From a virus (taxonomy: Duplodnaviria > Caudoviricetes): a stretch of 64,000 nucleotides of DNA. Of this stretch, positions 19,783 through 29,601 are shown piece by piece (within the stretch, counting starts at the first letter, position 1; each line of letters starts with the position of its first letter). A program made the translations under genes and the position numbers. The notes below the pieces were generated by a model. It saw nothing but the letters and a program-made list of their open reading frames with translations, did no database searches and had not been told where the DNA came from. The stretch spans positions 1,525 to 65,524 of IMG/VR virus record IMGVR_UViG_3300025508_000012; one strand, given 5' to 3'.

Positions 19783-21345
19783 TTATGATGCGGATAAAAT
19801 TCCACAAGATAATGGGTTACGAACTATAATTCCAGACTCTGACATAACGTGACACTCAAACTTGTCATCAGCGTTAGCAGACATCATTGATTTTTGATCA
19901 TAAGGATTGATCATACCAGCAACGTACTTTTTAATAAAAGAACGGTTAGTACCTTCAGCACCTTTAGTAATCAATTCAATGTTAGATACACCTGAAGTCT
20001 TACCGAAATCAAGGAATACCATTTTAGCAGATTCTTTCAATCGGTTATCACCGAAAGCGTTAGTACCTGAAGCAGCGCTGTGAATGTTTTGATCATCGAA
20101 TACAGGACAGTAAGCCATTGTAAGCTTGTTTCCTAATGCTTCGTAAGATACAAAGTTAGCACCTAAAGATACATCTCCACTAACACCAGACATTGATCCA
20201 CCTGTGAACGATCCAGAAGGAGCGATCAATAAGTCTTTCATTGCCTTGTGGAATGCTAAACGTCCTTCAGTACCTGTGAATACAACCCACTCGTTACCTT
20301 CAGCGTTAGTAGCATTTAAAGATAGTTTAGCTAAAAACTCAGTAATAATGTCTTCAGTCAAAGCGCCTAATGTATAAGAAGCTTGGTTAGAAGAATCGAT
20401 TTGAGCCAATAGACCATCACCTGTTACAATACTTGATGCTTGAGTACCTGAAGTACCTAAAGAAGAAGTAGAGTAAGCGCCTGGTCTTTGAGCTGTAGTA
20501 TCAGTAACTGATCTACGACCATACCATCTTTGAAGCTCTTGCTGATACATGAACTCATCCATCATCATTTGCTCTTTAGTAAAGTACCATAGACGGTGAC
20601 CATTGTTCTCGATCCAAGTTACATCAGTAAGGTCTTTACCTGTTACTGAACACTTCTTACGCATTGTAGTTAAGAAGTTAGTGTAAGTATCTGGATACAC
20701 GTAGTTTTCACCTACATCAGCTCCATTAGAACCGTTAGGGAAAGCTGAACCAATAGAAGCAACAATTGCTTCGTCAGCAACGTCAGATCTTTTAAGACCA
20801 GCTACTACAGATGAACCATCATGAGCACCAACCATTTCAAACTTAACAATAAAGTCAGTTGCTGCACCTGATGCAGATGTGTTTGCAATAGGATCTTCCA
20901 ATACTAAAGCTGTAGCTCCAGACTGGAAACGAACCATGTCAAACTTGTTTAAGAAATCTCCAGTTCTAGCAGCGTCAGTTCCTGCGCCAGTAGTACCATC
21001 AACGATTAAGTAGAATACATCTCCGTTAGCATCTGCAGCTGTGATGAAACCTGCTGTTTCGCCTACTGATCCTGATGCTGTAAATGTAGTTCCATTAGTT
21101 GAGAAGTGTCCAGTCATAAAAGAAGGAGCGTTGTAACGTCCCATTACTTTCCACTCGAAGGAGTTATCTCCTAACACTTTCTCACTTGCATGACGACCTG
21201 TCTTCTCTAGAAGATAAGTTGCCGAATAACGAGGATACTGTTGAATCAACGTTTTTGCAATCTCTGGGTATTGTAAAAGCGCTGTGTTCAAAGCATTCTC
21301 AGGTGAAGTTCCAGAACCATAGGTTCCTTTATAAATTCTTGCCAT
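19783..21345 (-). CDS. Major capsid protein (HK97-fold, crAss-like)
   Basis: Order TerL-portal-scaffold-MCP; FEWKVMG, TGDGLLAQI, VFTGTEG and C-terminal SESGIIVRNP motifs; 520 aa. Confidence 0.85.
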   Translation of the reverse strand: MARIYKGTYGSGTSPENALNTALLQYPEIAKTLIQQYPRYSATYLLEKTGRHASEKVLGDNSFEWKVMGRYNAPSFMTGHFSTNGTTFTASGSVGETAGFITAADANGDVFYLIVDGTTGAGTDAARTGDFLNKFDMVRFQSGATALVLEDPIANTSASGAATDFIVKFEMVGAHDGSSVVAGLKRSDVADEAIVASIGSAFPNGSNGADVGENYVYPDTYTNFLTTMRKKCSVTGKDLTDVTWIENNGHRLWYFTKEQMMMDEFMYQQELQRWYGRRSVTDTTAQRPGAYSTSSLGTSGTQASSIVTGDGLLAQIDSSNQASYTLGALTEDIITEFLAKLSLNATNAEGNEWVVFTGTEGRLAFHKAMKDLLIAPSGSFTGGSMSGVSGDVSLGANFVSYEALGNKLTMAYCPVFDDQNIHSAASGTNAFGDNRLKESAKMVFLDFGKTSGVSNIELITKGAEGTNRSFIKKYVAGMINPYDQKSMMSANADDKFECHVMSESGIIVRNPLSCGILSAS

Positions 21346-21437
21346 TTTAAATTACTTTTAAAAAATTAATAAACACTTGTTTTTATAATCCAGAGTATTC
21401 TACGTAACTTTTGGGCATCGCCCTTTCGTATTGTAAG

Positions 21438-22514
21438 TTACTCTCTCATAAATGCAGATGGATCAAAACCGCTTCCTTTTACTTTAGTACGAGGTCTTGA
21501 TTTACTGCTTAAACTTGGAGCGGTAATCTCATTTAATATTTTAGCTTTACCATCTTCCAAGCCTTGCGAACGAAGGATCTTAGCAAACTTGTCTTTAAAT
21601 AGCATAAACATCGCTACCTCCGAAGCATTGTCGTGAGATTTCCAGATGTCCTCAGCCATTTTACCTGACGTAATATAGTTGTAAGCCTCTTTCGATTGCG
21701 TTTTTGTTACAGCTCCACCCATAAAGGATTTCATTTCCTTTAGAGTTCCCTGTAATTCTTTTTTATTTCTTGCTACTTTTTCTTTATTAGAAAGCTCCTC
21801 TTGTTGCTTTTCTTTAAAGAACTTAGTTTTTTCTTGTTCTATAGCATTATTAAGTTGTCGTCTGATTCTGTAAGCTTCACGCTTCATAACACCAGAGTCT
21901 TCCATCTTATCTAACGCTTCTTCTATTTCAAAGTCTTCCATTCCATCAACCTTCATTTCAGCAGATATAAGCTCTCTGTCGCTATAGCTAAGGTATTCAT
22001 TTAACTTATCTATAGTTTCATTTTTAGGTTGTTCTATAAATGGTGAATTAAGAGCTTTAATAATATCTTCTTTTGTTGCTCCCTCTAATCCGAGTTCATT
22101 TGCAAATGCTGACCAGTCTAGCTCTCCTGCTTCTTCTTCATTTTCCACTTCTTGATCAGGCTGGGCTTCAACAACGGCTTCTGGCTCGCTGTCCCAATCT
22201 TCTTCAATTTCTTCCTCGACTTCTTCTTCTTGTTCTGGCTGATCGACTTCAATTTCATCCCAAGCAAAATTGCCTTCTCTTTCAATAGGCTCTTCAGCTT
22301 CTTCAGAAGATTGAATTTCGTCAGCTTTGTCTGCTGCTTCTTCATTATATTTTCCTTGAAATTCCTCCATCAATTGATCGCTAGCAAAAGCTGCTGGATC
22401 AAATGCTGAACTATCTGTTGATTCTTCTGTAGCTGACGTATCAGCTGCACTTTCTTGTGTTGTAGTTTCTACAGCCTCAGCTGCTTCTACCAAATTTGTT
22501 TCTTTTTCTGACAT
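21438..22514 (-). CDS. Putative scaffolding protein (acidic, coiled coil)
   Basis: Very Glu-rich, between portal and MCP; FDPxAF motif near both ends. Confidence 0.65.
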   Translation of the reverse strand: MSEKETNLVEAAEAVETTTQESAADTSATEESTDSSAFDPAAFASDQLMEEFQGKYNEEAADKADEIQSSEEAEEPIEREGNFAWDEIEVDQPEQEEEVEEEIEEDWDSEPEAVVEAQPDQEVENEEEAGELDWSAFANELGLEGATKEDIIKALNSPFIEQPKNETIDKLNEYLSYSDRELISAEMKVDGMEDFEIEEALDKMEDSGVMKREAYRIRRQLNNAIEQEKTKFFKEKQQEELSNKEKVARNKKELQGTLKEMKSFMGGAVTKTQSKEAYNYITSGKMAEDIWKSHDNASEVAMFMLFKDKFAKILRSQGLEDGKAKILNEITAPSLSSKSRPRTKVKGSGFDPSAFMRE

Positions 22515-22543
22515 ATGTTTAGTTTTTTTTGTTCCCTAATTTG

Positions 22544-22551
22544 CAAATATA
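22544..22551 (-). promoter_or_regulatory. TAnnTTTG -7 promoter element (TATATTTG) for scaffold/MCP operon
   Basis: Consensus match in the short gap after portal stop. Confidence 0.7.
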
Positions 22552-24870
22552 CTAAGAATTTTTTATTGTTTCCTGTATCTGTTGTTTTCTCTCTCTAGAT
22601 ACACCGCCCTCAGAAGCTTCTTTATTTGCTTGACTGTCCATGTTTTCAGCCTTTTCATCTTTTCGATCTTGTTGATCTAAAGCTTTCTGTAAGTACATTT
22701 GTTTGTTTTTAACTAAATGCGCCACATCAGCCATTTCTCTTTGATCGTCTGATTTCATATCAGCAATCTTAAGATCTGTTTCAGATTGTATTTGCGCAAC
22801 TTGTACTTTACCTTCATTTTTAATTTGCTCAAGCTGTAAACTTTGTTCATGTTCAGCAGCAGCAGCTTCTTGTTGTGCTTGTGCTAAAGCTTGTTGTTGC
22901 TCTTGTTGAGCTTGTTGCTGTTTCTTCATTTCATCTAAAGCTCTTTCAAGTATATGCTCTGCTTCAGTCATAGTATCAGCTTTCATTACTTTAATAATAT
23001 CAAGTAATTCAACTTGACCGCTTTGTAATGCTGATTGTGCAATTTGCTGTACAACTTGTTTAACAGATTCGTCTTTACCACTATCACCAATAAATATACC
23101 ATAGTCTTGTAAAGCAATGTCTGGCATTACATCTAAAAACTTGTAAGCACCATCACCAAGAACAATACTAGCTTTTTTTCCACCAGCCCAACAAACCTTC
23201 ATTAGATTAGTAACTCTTTCAAACACACGTTTCTTAACCATTGCATGCGAATAGAACCAGCTTTCTGTAATAGTAGCAGATTGTACTACACTACGCTGAA
23301 CATTACCAACATATTCGTATTGACCTACAGCTCCTTCACGCTGAGGTGATACACCAGATATTTGACCTGCTGTTTGCTCTAGCATCATCTTTAAGTTGAT
23401 TAGCTGTTGTACAGACTGCGATAAAGTAAAGTCAATTTGCTGGAATTGATTAAATGATTGTAGCTGTCCACCTTCATCTTTAGAATTGATTGGAATAATA
23501 CCATCAGTTTTTAAGTGATACAGAACAGATTGTATATCCATACCTATATTAGTAGGTAGTTGTGATACATCATATACTACCGCCTTACCACCAGATCTTG
23601 CTAATGCTAATTCAATTTGATACATTACAACATTATACAACATCTGTACGTTCTTAAGTAAAGACACCATAGATACGCTACGACCAGTTGTGTTATTTCT
23701 AACTACACCTACATATGACAAAGGAGTAGAACCTACGTCATCCACCGATCTAACTTGGTTAGGTCTACGTCTTGCTCTTACTAATATCTTGCCACCTATT
23801 TTTGTAGCTTCCCAAATATCATCAACGTACTTTGTTTGTACAGTTTCATTTTTACGTGCTTTGTAATCATCTGGAACTTGCTTCATAAATGGCCTAGACT
23901 CATCATGTTTGTTTTCAGAAATCTTAAACTTTAAAGCTTTGATTGATTTCCATTCTACATATACAACTCTAATTTTTACTTCGTGACCATCTTCATAATC
24001 TAACCAATCAAATGGATCATTATAAGACGATAGCTCATCCTGCGATCCTACTTGATACATGTCAGAAAGCTCTTGCAGCTGTTCTGCATCAAGCTCATCT
24101 CTAAACTCATCAAGTATTTCATTGTAGTTTAACCATCTTTCTTCACCTACCCAGCTTGATGTATCTAAGTAATCACTATTACCACTTATATCATATACAA
24201 TAGATCTTGGATCTACTCTACGCACAAATGGATTATTATCTCTTACTTCAACACGATAGAACTCTTTACCAGTAATTAAAAGATCTCTAAACCCTTCTTT
24301 GAATATATCTCTATAGTTGTATCTGCTAATCAAATATTCCAAACCATCTTGAGCTGTTTCTTCTACCATCTCACGATAGTTGTATCGCATATACACCTCT
24401 ATGTCATCAGGAAGCTCCATGTCTGTTGGTTGAGGTATTTCAAAGCCAACGCTTTTTTGAAAGTCTTTTTGTATATCACCAACAAGCTCTTTCATAATTA
24501 GTGATACCTTAACATCTTGTTTTCTAATTACAGCTTCTTTGTTTACTGTATTAACTTTGATGTCCATAGGTCTTCTAAGATCTTCACCAACTAATAAATC
24601 GATCTTAGGCGATATAATAGGATAGTTAACTAATCTAGCTGGATAAGCCATACCGTATTGTTCGGTAATATATTTGAAGTCATTAAGCTCAATGTGTCCA
24701 TTGTAAATGTTGTAGTTTTGTATGTCATGTACTCTTGAGTTTTTGTATGGAGACTCCGAGTATGACATATACCCTACTACTGCATTTATCCATTGATCAC
24801 ACCATTCTTCTGTTTTTTCTTTTTCTGATATAAAGTGTTGTGGGAATGATGAATACTTCTTATTATCCAT
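22552..24870 (-). CDS. Portal protein
   Basis: 772 aa after TerL; NYPIISPKIDLLVGE motif, C-terminal Gln-rich coiled coil. Confidence 0.85.
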   Translation of the reverse strand: MDNKKYSSFPQHFISEKEKTEEWCDQWINAVVGYMSYSESPYKNSRVHDIQNYNIYNGHIELNDFKYITEQYGMAYPARLVNYPIISPKIDLLVGEDLRRPMDIKVNTVNKEAVIRKQDVKVSLIMKELVGDIQKDFQKSVGFEIPQPTDMELPDDIEVYMRYNYREMVEETAQDGLEYLISRYNYRDIFKEGFRDLLITGKEFYRVEVRDNNPFVRRVDPRSIVYDISGNSDYLDTSSWVGEERWLNYNEILDEFRDELDAEQLQELSDMYQVGSQDELSSYNDPFDWLDYEDGHEVKIRVVYVEWKSIKALKFKISENKHDESRPFMKQVPDDYKARKNETVQTKYVDDIWEATKIGGKILVRARRRPNQVRSVDDVGSTPLSYVGVVRNNTTGRSVSMVSLLKNVQMLYNVVMYQIELALARSGGKAVVYDVSQLPTNIGMDIQSVLYHLKTDGIIPINSKDEGGQLQSFNQFQQIDFTLSQSVQQLINLKMMLEQTAGQISGVSPQREGAVGQYEYVGNVQRSVVQSATITESWFYSHAMVKKRVFERVTNLMKVCWAGGKKASIVLGDGAYKFLDVMPDIALQDYGIFIGDSGKDESVKQVVQQIAQSALQSGQVELLDIIKVMKADTMTEAEHILERALDEMKKQQQAQQEQQQALAQAQQEAAAAEHEQSLQLEQIKNEGKVQVAQIQSETDLKIADMKSDDQREMADVAHLVKNKQMYLQKALDQQDRKDEKAENMDSQANKEASEGGVSRERKQQIQETIKNS

Positions 24871-24872
24871 GA

Positions 24873-26693
24873 TTAATCTTTTATTTGTGGTACTCCGTTT
24901 CTATCTAATTCGTAATATTTAAATCCCCAGTCTTCTACTGGTTCTTCTTTTTCCGATGCTTGCACTCTATAGTTGTCTACATTGTGTATTAAACATAAAC
25001 CAAAAGCTATAGCTCGGTCAGTATTTCTTGTTCCGTATACAGACAATTCTTCTATTAAATCTAAGAACCAAATGTCATCTACGCTTTCTCTTATGTAGTC
25101 ATCCATTAGATCTTCCATAAGAGCTTTTACCTGCTTATTCATATGCACACCATATCTATTTCTTGTTTTTGTACCAGGGTTGTGTGCAGACTCTGGTTTT
25201 TCTTTTAAATACTTTAACGCATTCATACGTTTAAAGTAATCCAATATACCTATCTTGGTATATTCTACTAGCATCTTTGAATTGTAATATATTGCTAGTT
25301 TTAAACATCCGTCCCAAAAGTCTTCTTTTTTATCAGGTCTATCTGTATACTCTGCAATGACTAAGTCATGCGCATGATCAGTATCAAGAAACCTTCTGTA
25401 TATTATTGCTGATCCCAAAGAATCAGATGCTCCTGCTTTATCTTGATCGTATGAGTCAATCCCACCTATATCTAAATGGTTGTATTGTGTTTCTGGGTGA
25501 TGTAGTATTTTATAAGGTCCTTCTGGATGTGGTCTCCATCTAACTACAAACTCTTCGTTTTCATCAAACTCCCAATCTAAAAATCCTGATTGTATTTGAC
25601 TTCTGTAATCTTTACTGCCAAGTATTCTAGATCTCTGAGCGTTTAACAAAGAGTTATCAAATCTTGCAGTCTTTGTATTTAAGAATGCTTCTTGTACAGT
25701 TAGTGGGTAGTTTTGAATATGAAGGTTGTAAGCTTCTCTATCTCCTGATGCAGAAATATTATCTCTTTCTTCTATAAGTTCTTCCTCTGCTGCGGTAACG
25801 TGCTCTTCGCCTGTATCCACGTCAAAGAATCCATAATAAGCTCTAGACGCTGGGATAAACATAGGCACAAGATTATAAGCATCTGACTCATAATACATGT
25901 CCATAAAATCTTTGGAGGCTTTCGTAATGTCACCACCAGTACCTCCAACTACAGGAACGCCAAACTGTAAGTTCCCGTCCATGAAGCAAGCCTTAGAAGA
26001 CATATACGCATTCTTTAAATGCTTGAACTCTCCAGCCTCTTCAAATATCATAAGAGATACACGCTCACCTTTAAATACTTCTGGATTATCCATTGTTCTG
26101 CATATTATCGTAGATTGATAACCTCCTATCTCCCACTTACCATCTTTGTTCTTTTGCTTGTATCCAGATCGTAATATACCGTCTGTATCTTTAAGAACAG
26201 AGTGCTTGAAGTTGGAGTGTAGTCCATTCAAACCTTTTTTAGTTTTATCAAAGAACGCATCTGCTGTAGCTTGCAGACCAGCTGCTATACCTACATCATT
26301 AAATGGAAAGAACGTATACTCATGCGCAATCATCCCAGAGTTCATGTAACTAAAACCTTTATCACGGGCTTTGATCACAATCATACCTGTTCCATCTTCT
26401 TTACATTGCTCAAACGTATCAAAGTATTCATGATCCATTTGACGATACCAGGGACTTATTAAAGTTTTACGTGATCCTGTTGAACCATCGTTTCCGAGTA
26501 TCTTGTAATAATTCAAGTAAAAATAATATTTACCTGATATTTTATTCATTCCTTTGGGTTTAAAGCCATTGATACATCTATCAAGCTCTTGTTCCCAATA
26601 TTCTTGGTAAGCTACAGAGTCAGGGCTAAGATCAGGATGACCATGATTTGCAACTGGCCTATACCTTTGTGGATCTTTTTTTGCTCTACCCAT
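24873..26693 (-). CDS. terL: Terminase large subunit
   Basis: Walker A-like KARDKGFS, Walker B IFEEAGE, motif GGTGG, nuclease GGIDSYD and C-terminal DRAIA; no intron or intein visible. Confidence 0.92.
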   Translation of the reverse strand: MGRAKKDPQRYRPVANHGHPDLSPDSVAYQEYWEQELDRCINGFKPKGMNKISGKYYFYLNYYKILGNDGSTGSRKTLISPWYRQMDHEYFDTFEQCKEDGTGMIVIKARDKGFSYMNSGMIAHEYTFFPFNDVGIAAGLQATADAFFDKTKKGLNGLHSNFKHSVLKDTDGILRSGYKQKNKDGKWEIGGYQSTIICRTMDNPEVFKGERVSLMIFEEAGEFKHLKNAYMSSKACFMDGNLQFGVPVVGGTGGDITKASKDFMDMYYESDAYNLVPMFIPASRAYYGFFDVDTGEEHVTAAEEELIEERDNISASGDREAYNLHIQNYPLTVQEAFLNTKTARFDNSLLNAQRSRILGSKDYRSQIQSGFLDWEFDENEEFVVRWRPHPEGPYKILHHPETQYNHLDIGGIDSYDQDKAGASDSLGSAIIYRRFLDTDHAHDLVIAEYTDRPDKKEDFWDGCLKLAIYYNSKMLVEYTKIGILDYFKRMNALKYLKEKPESAHNPGTKTRNRYGVHMNKQVKALMEDLMDDYIRESVDDIWFLDLIEELSVYGTRNTDRAIAFGLCLIHNVDNYRVQASEKEEPVEDWGFKYYELDRNGVPQIKD

Positions 26694-26904
26694 ACTTTAT
26701 TCTCTTTGTTTTACCTATACCAAAAGGATCACGTGGATCCTGTTTTGTTTCTAGGTTAGAGTGAAACGCCTCGTCTATATCAAATCCATGTATAGACTTG
26801 GCGTAATCACTTACCTGTTTTGCCTTTCGATAATCACCCTTCTTGTATAGTTTATTATACCTATATCTAAGGTTGTTTAAATCGGGCTTTTTATTTTTAG
26901 ACAT
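26686..26904 (-). CDS. Small basic hypothetical protein
   Basis: ORF overlapping neighbours, immediately upstream of terL. Confidence 0.55.
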   Translation of the reverse strand: MSKNKKPDLNNLRYRYNKLYKKGDYRKAKQVSDYAKSIHGFDIDEAFHSNLETKQDPRDPFGIGKTKRIKYG

Positions 26905-27497
26905 TAGTCTAATTGACGATAGCTTCCGCCTGACTTGTTTTTACCACCGTGTCCGTATGATTTTTTCATCATACCTCCACCCATAAAATCTTTGTCAGCA
27001 CTACCCATACGGCCTCCGCCATACATCTTTTGATCGTAACGACCACCAGCATCAAACCCAAAACGTTTTTTAAGTCTACGTCTAACGCCACCAAATAATT
27101 TTCTTCTTACTTTTTTTTGTGCGCCAGTAACCTTTTTAACTACGTTTTTAGTTCTTTTAACGTTTCCTTTTATAGCTTTTTTAGCAATTCCTTTAACGCC
27201 TCTTACAGCGCTAGCTGCAGTTTTACCTGGTCGTCTTAATGGCTTTTTAACCATTTTACCAGCAGTAGCTGCAGCCTTTCCAATTGCACCAGCCCTAAGA
27301 CGAGCTTTTGCAGCTCTTCGTTTTGCAATAGCAGCAGCGCTTAATCCACGATCAGCTGTTTTTTTAACTCCTCTAGCTACTTTTTTTACTAATGAACTTG
27401 CAGCTGCTTTAGATCCTCTACGGGAAGCTCTAGCTAATTTAGCGGCTCCTAATTTACTGCCTCTACGTCTTAGCTTACGTCTTAATTTTCTAAACAT
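26904..27497 (-). CDS. Extremely Lys/Arg/Ala-rich (histone H1/protamine-like) protein with xxGG repeats and C-terminal GGSYRQLD
   Basis: Composition; FDAGG, MYGGG, FMGGG, YGHGG, NKSGG repeats. Confidence 0.7.
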   Translation of the reverse strand: MFRKLRRKLRRRGSKLGAAKLARASRRGSKAAASSLVKKVARGVKKTADRGLSAAAIAKRRAAKARLRAGAIGKAAATAGKMVKKPLRRPGKTAASAVRGVKGIAKKAIKGNVKRTKNVVKKVTGAQKKVRRKLFGGVRRRLKKRFGFDAGGRYDQKMYGGGRMGSADKDFMGGGMMKKSYGHGGKNKSGGSYRQLD

Positions 27498-27518
27498 GTC
27501 TAATTTATTTATTTAATG

Positions 27519-27677
27519 TTAACGATGCTGGTTTAGGCGGCCACCAGATTTCATCTTTGTTTTGAGTTTACCTCCGCCATACATTTTGCTTCCCCTAAGC
27601 ATTTTAAAATCTTGAGCGTCTATACGCCCATTTTTATTTTTGTCTAACTTTCGTTGTTTACCTTTTAACTTTGCCAT
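27519..27677 (-). CDS. 52-aa basic protein with single EF-hand-like loop (not in ORF track)
   Basis: MAKLKGKQRKLDKNKNGRIDAQDFKMLRGSKMYGGGKLKTKMKSGGRLNQHR; ATG overlaps upstream TAA. Confidence 0.75.
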   Translation of the reverse strand: MAKLKGKQRKLDKNKNGRIDAQDFKMLRGSKMYGGGKLKTKMKSGGRLNQHR

Positions 27678-28213
27678 TATTTAATATTTTCTTGTATTTC
27701 TTTTTTATTCTCTAAAAATGATAGCTTTTTATCACCTGCTATTTTTTGTCTTTCTCCCCTTCTTTCAATTGCATCTACAAGAGTCTGTCTGGTTTTGTAT
27801 ATCTTTTCAATACCAATCATTATCTTCTGCAATCCTTCAGCCGTTTCCTCATCTATATGCATATTGTTCATATAGGTCGTAAACTGACTTATCTTTTTAT
27901 TAAAAGCAATTAGCTGTTCGTCCAATGGATCAAACTGTAATTGTTTGTACTTATCTATTGCTGCAAGTACTTCTGAACGTTTCTCACCATACCAGTCATA
28001 CTTGTCGTACAAATCCTTGCTAACAGCTTTCTTTCTCTCTTCCTCAACAAAGTGTCTGTAAGGACTATCATAGTCACATACAAGTGCTACCCACTTCATT
28101 GCTGTTGATCCAAGCTTATCAGCCTTCAGGACTTTTAAAAACTCTGGAATCCCCGTAACCCCATCGTCATCTTTGAATATGTCCCCCTGCCTATTTAGTT
28201 TTAATAAATACAT
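27677..28213 (-). CDS. Conserved hypothetical protein, possible terminase small subunit (likely start 28213 MYLLKL)
   Basis: Helical about 180-aa protein upstream of terL; promoter 8 nt upstream of ATG 28213; TerS call is positional only. Confidence 0.45.
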   Translation of the reverse strand: MYLLKLNRQGDIFKDDDGVTGIPEFLKVLKADKLGSTAMKWVALVCDYDSPYRHFVEEERKKAVSKDLYDKYDWYGEKRSEVLAAIDKYKQLQFDPLDEQLIAFNKKISQFTTYMNNMHIDEETAEGLQKIMIGIEKIYKTRQTLVDAIERRGERQKIAGDKKLSFLENKKEIQENIK

Positions 28214-28221
28214 ACTCTGTG

Positions 28222-28229
28222 CAAAAATA
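28222..28229 (-). promoter_or_regulatory. TAnnTTTG -7 promoter element (TATTTTTG)
   Basis: Consensus match 8 nt upstream of ATG 28213. Confidence 0.6.
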
Positions 28230-28233
28230 GTAA

Positions 28234-28521
28234 TTATTCTCCACAATATTCTAAATGCATCTCATATAACCAAATCCATCGCCCTCCGTTAGGTTGGGAC
28301 AATGTATAGTTACCATCAAAACTAATACAATAATTAGGATTTTCTACTTGAAATATCTTAGTGTCGGAAACGTCAAACTCCATTTTTTTACATTGATCTA
28401 ACAAGAACTCCTCACTATTCATAAGGTCTTCTAATTCATCAAAGTATTTCTTAAGTAAGTATAGATTATCATCAAACACCCATATCTCCCCATCATCACT
28501 ATATAATTTTTCTAAAAGCAT
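28234..28521 (-). CDS. Acidic hypothetical protein, probably leaderless
   Basis: ORF with TATATTTG 5 nt upstream of ATG. Confidence 0.55.
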   Translation of the reverse strand: MLLEKLYSDDGEIWVFDDNLYLLKKYFDELEDLMNSEEFLLDQCKKMEFDVSDTKIFQVENPNYCISFDGNYTLSQPNGGRWIWLYEMHLEYCGE

Positions 28522-28526
28522 ATATA

Positions 28527-28534
28527 CAAATATA
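28527..28534 (-). promoter_or_regulatory. TAnnTTTG -7 promoter element (TATATTTG)
   Basis: Immediately downstream of a terminator, 5 nt before ATG 28521. Confidence 0.65.
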
Positions 28535-28537
28535 AAT

Positions 28538-28568
28538 AAAAAAGAGGCCGAAAGGCCTCGATTTTTTT
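28538..28568. terminator. Intrinsic terminator, potentially bidirectional
   Basis: GAGGCC-GAAA-GGCCTC hairpin (28544-28559) with A-tract on left and T-tract on right. Confidence 0.8.
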
Positions 28569-28591
28569 CAATACTAAAATCAAAGATTTTA

Positions 28592-29044
28592 TTATCTCAT
28601 TAAAAGTCTGTTAGCAAAAGCTAATCGATTCTGGCCCATTCCTTCTAAAGGTTGCATAGGCTGCATGTATGGATTCATGAATGGACTGCCCATTGATTGC
28701 TGGACATAAGGATTAGCGTAAGGTAACGCAAAAGGTGCATTAGGAGCCATAGGCATCATCGGATTCATATTCGCACCCATCATAGGTTGACGCATCATAG
28801 CTTCCTCATTAGCTCTATTCTGCAAGGCAGCTTGACCAGGAACTCTACGTTGTGGTCTAAAAACTGGAGCATTAGGATCTCTCTGCTTCATTTCCTGCTC
28901 ATCAAGATCTTCCTCTTCCTCATTTCGTACTGGTTCATCCATTCTCATTGATACAGGTTGCCCCATTCTATTGTTTTGATATGGACTTCTTTGCAATCTA
29001 ACATTGTCTCGTTGTTGTTGCTCATAAAAATTCTGTCTTGCCAT
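28592..29044 (-). CDS. Low-complexity Gln/Met/Pro/Asn-rich disordered protein (likely start 29044 MARQNF)
   Basis: Composition; own promoter at 29063-29070 and terminator at 28544. Confidence 0.65.
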   Translation of the reverse strand: MARQNFYEQQQRDNVRLQRSPYQNNRMGQPVSMRMDEPVRNEEEEDLDEQEMKQRDPNAPVFRPQRRVPGQAALQNRANEEAMMRQPMMGANMNPMMPMAPNAPFALPYANPYVQQSMGSPFMNPYMQPMQPLEGMGQNRLAFANRLLMR

Positions 29045-29062
29045 TGTATTATCTCTTTTATG

Positions 29063-29070
29063 CAAATATA
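29063..29070 (-). promoter_or_regulatory. TAnnTTTG -7 promoter element (TATATTTG), first leftward promoter
   Basis: Consensus match at the divergence point. Confidence 0.65.
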
Positions 29071-29253
29071 CTATAAAAAAATTTTATTTCTATTTTTCAG
29101 GGAGGGATACTTTATGCTAAGTAGCCCCTACCATGTCCCAAACTTTTACATACCCCTGTAACTTGTATTGGACATTCATAGCATTTTTGCGTAATGCCTG
29201 CACGCAATCGTGCTATCTATCTAATAGCGGGCTCACTTAATACATTTATAATT

Positions 29254-29601
29254 ATGTCATTCATTAAAGACGTTAAAGTTGGCTACCAAGCCTTAGGTTC
29301 ATTACTAAAAGAAAGCGGAGAGTTCCGTAAAGACTATGCAATGGGTATCATTGACATTCCAATTGCTGTAACTAAAGCAGCTGTTGATATAATAGATACT
29401 AAAGTTGGCTCTACACAACGTAGATATAACATAGCTAATGCAGTAAATGAGCGTATGTTAGAGAAATATGGCGACGAAATCTCTCAAGTTAACAAAGATA
29501 TTCGTAGTATGATGAAAGATTTAATGGCTTCACGTGTAAGTAAGTCATACAACACCAATGACTCTAAAACTACTGAATATACTGAGTTTACAATGGCATA
29601 A
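29254..29601 (+). CDS. First early gene, hypothetical (likely start 29254 MSFIKDVK)
   Basis: AT-rich leader TTATAATT before ATG; upstream extension overlaps a structured element. Confidence 0.6.
   Translation: MSFIKDVKVGYQALGSLLKESGEFRKDYAMGIIDIPIAVTKAAVDIIDTKVGSTQRRYNIANAVNERMLEKYGDEISQVNKDIRSMMKDLMASRVSKSYNTNDSKTTEYTEFTMA

Noticed and set aside
24873-26693. Introns or inteins in TerL or other core genes
   Set aside because: TerL (606 aa), DnaB (437 aa) and portal are of normal length and contiguous; no homing endonuclease motifs seen
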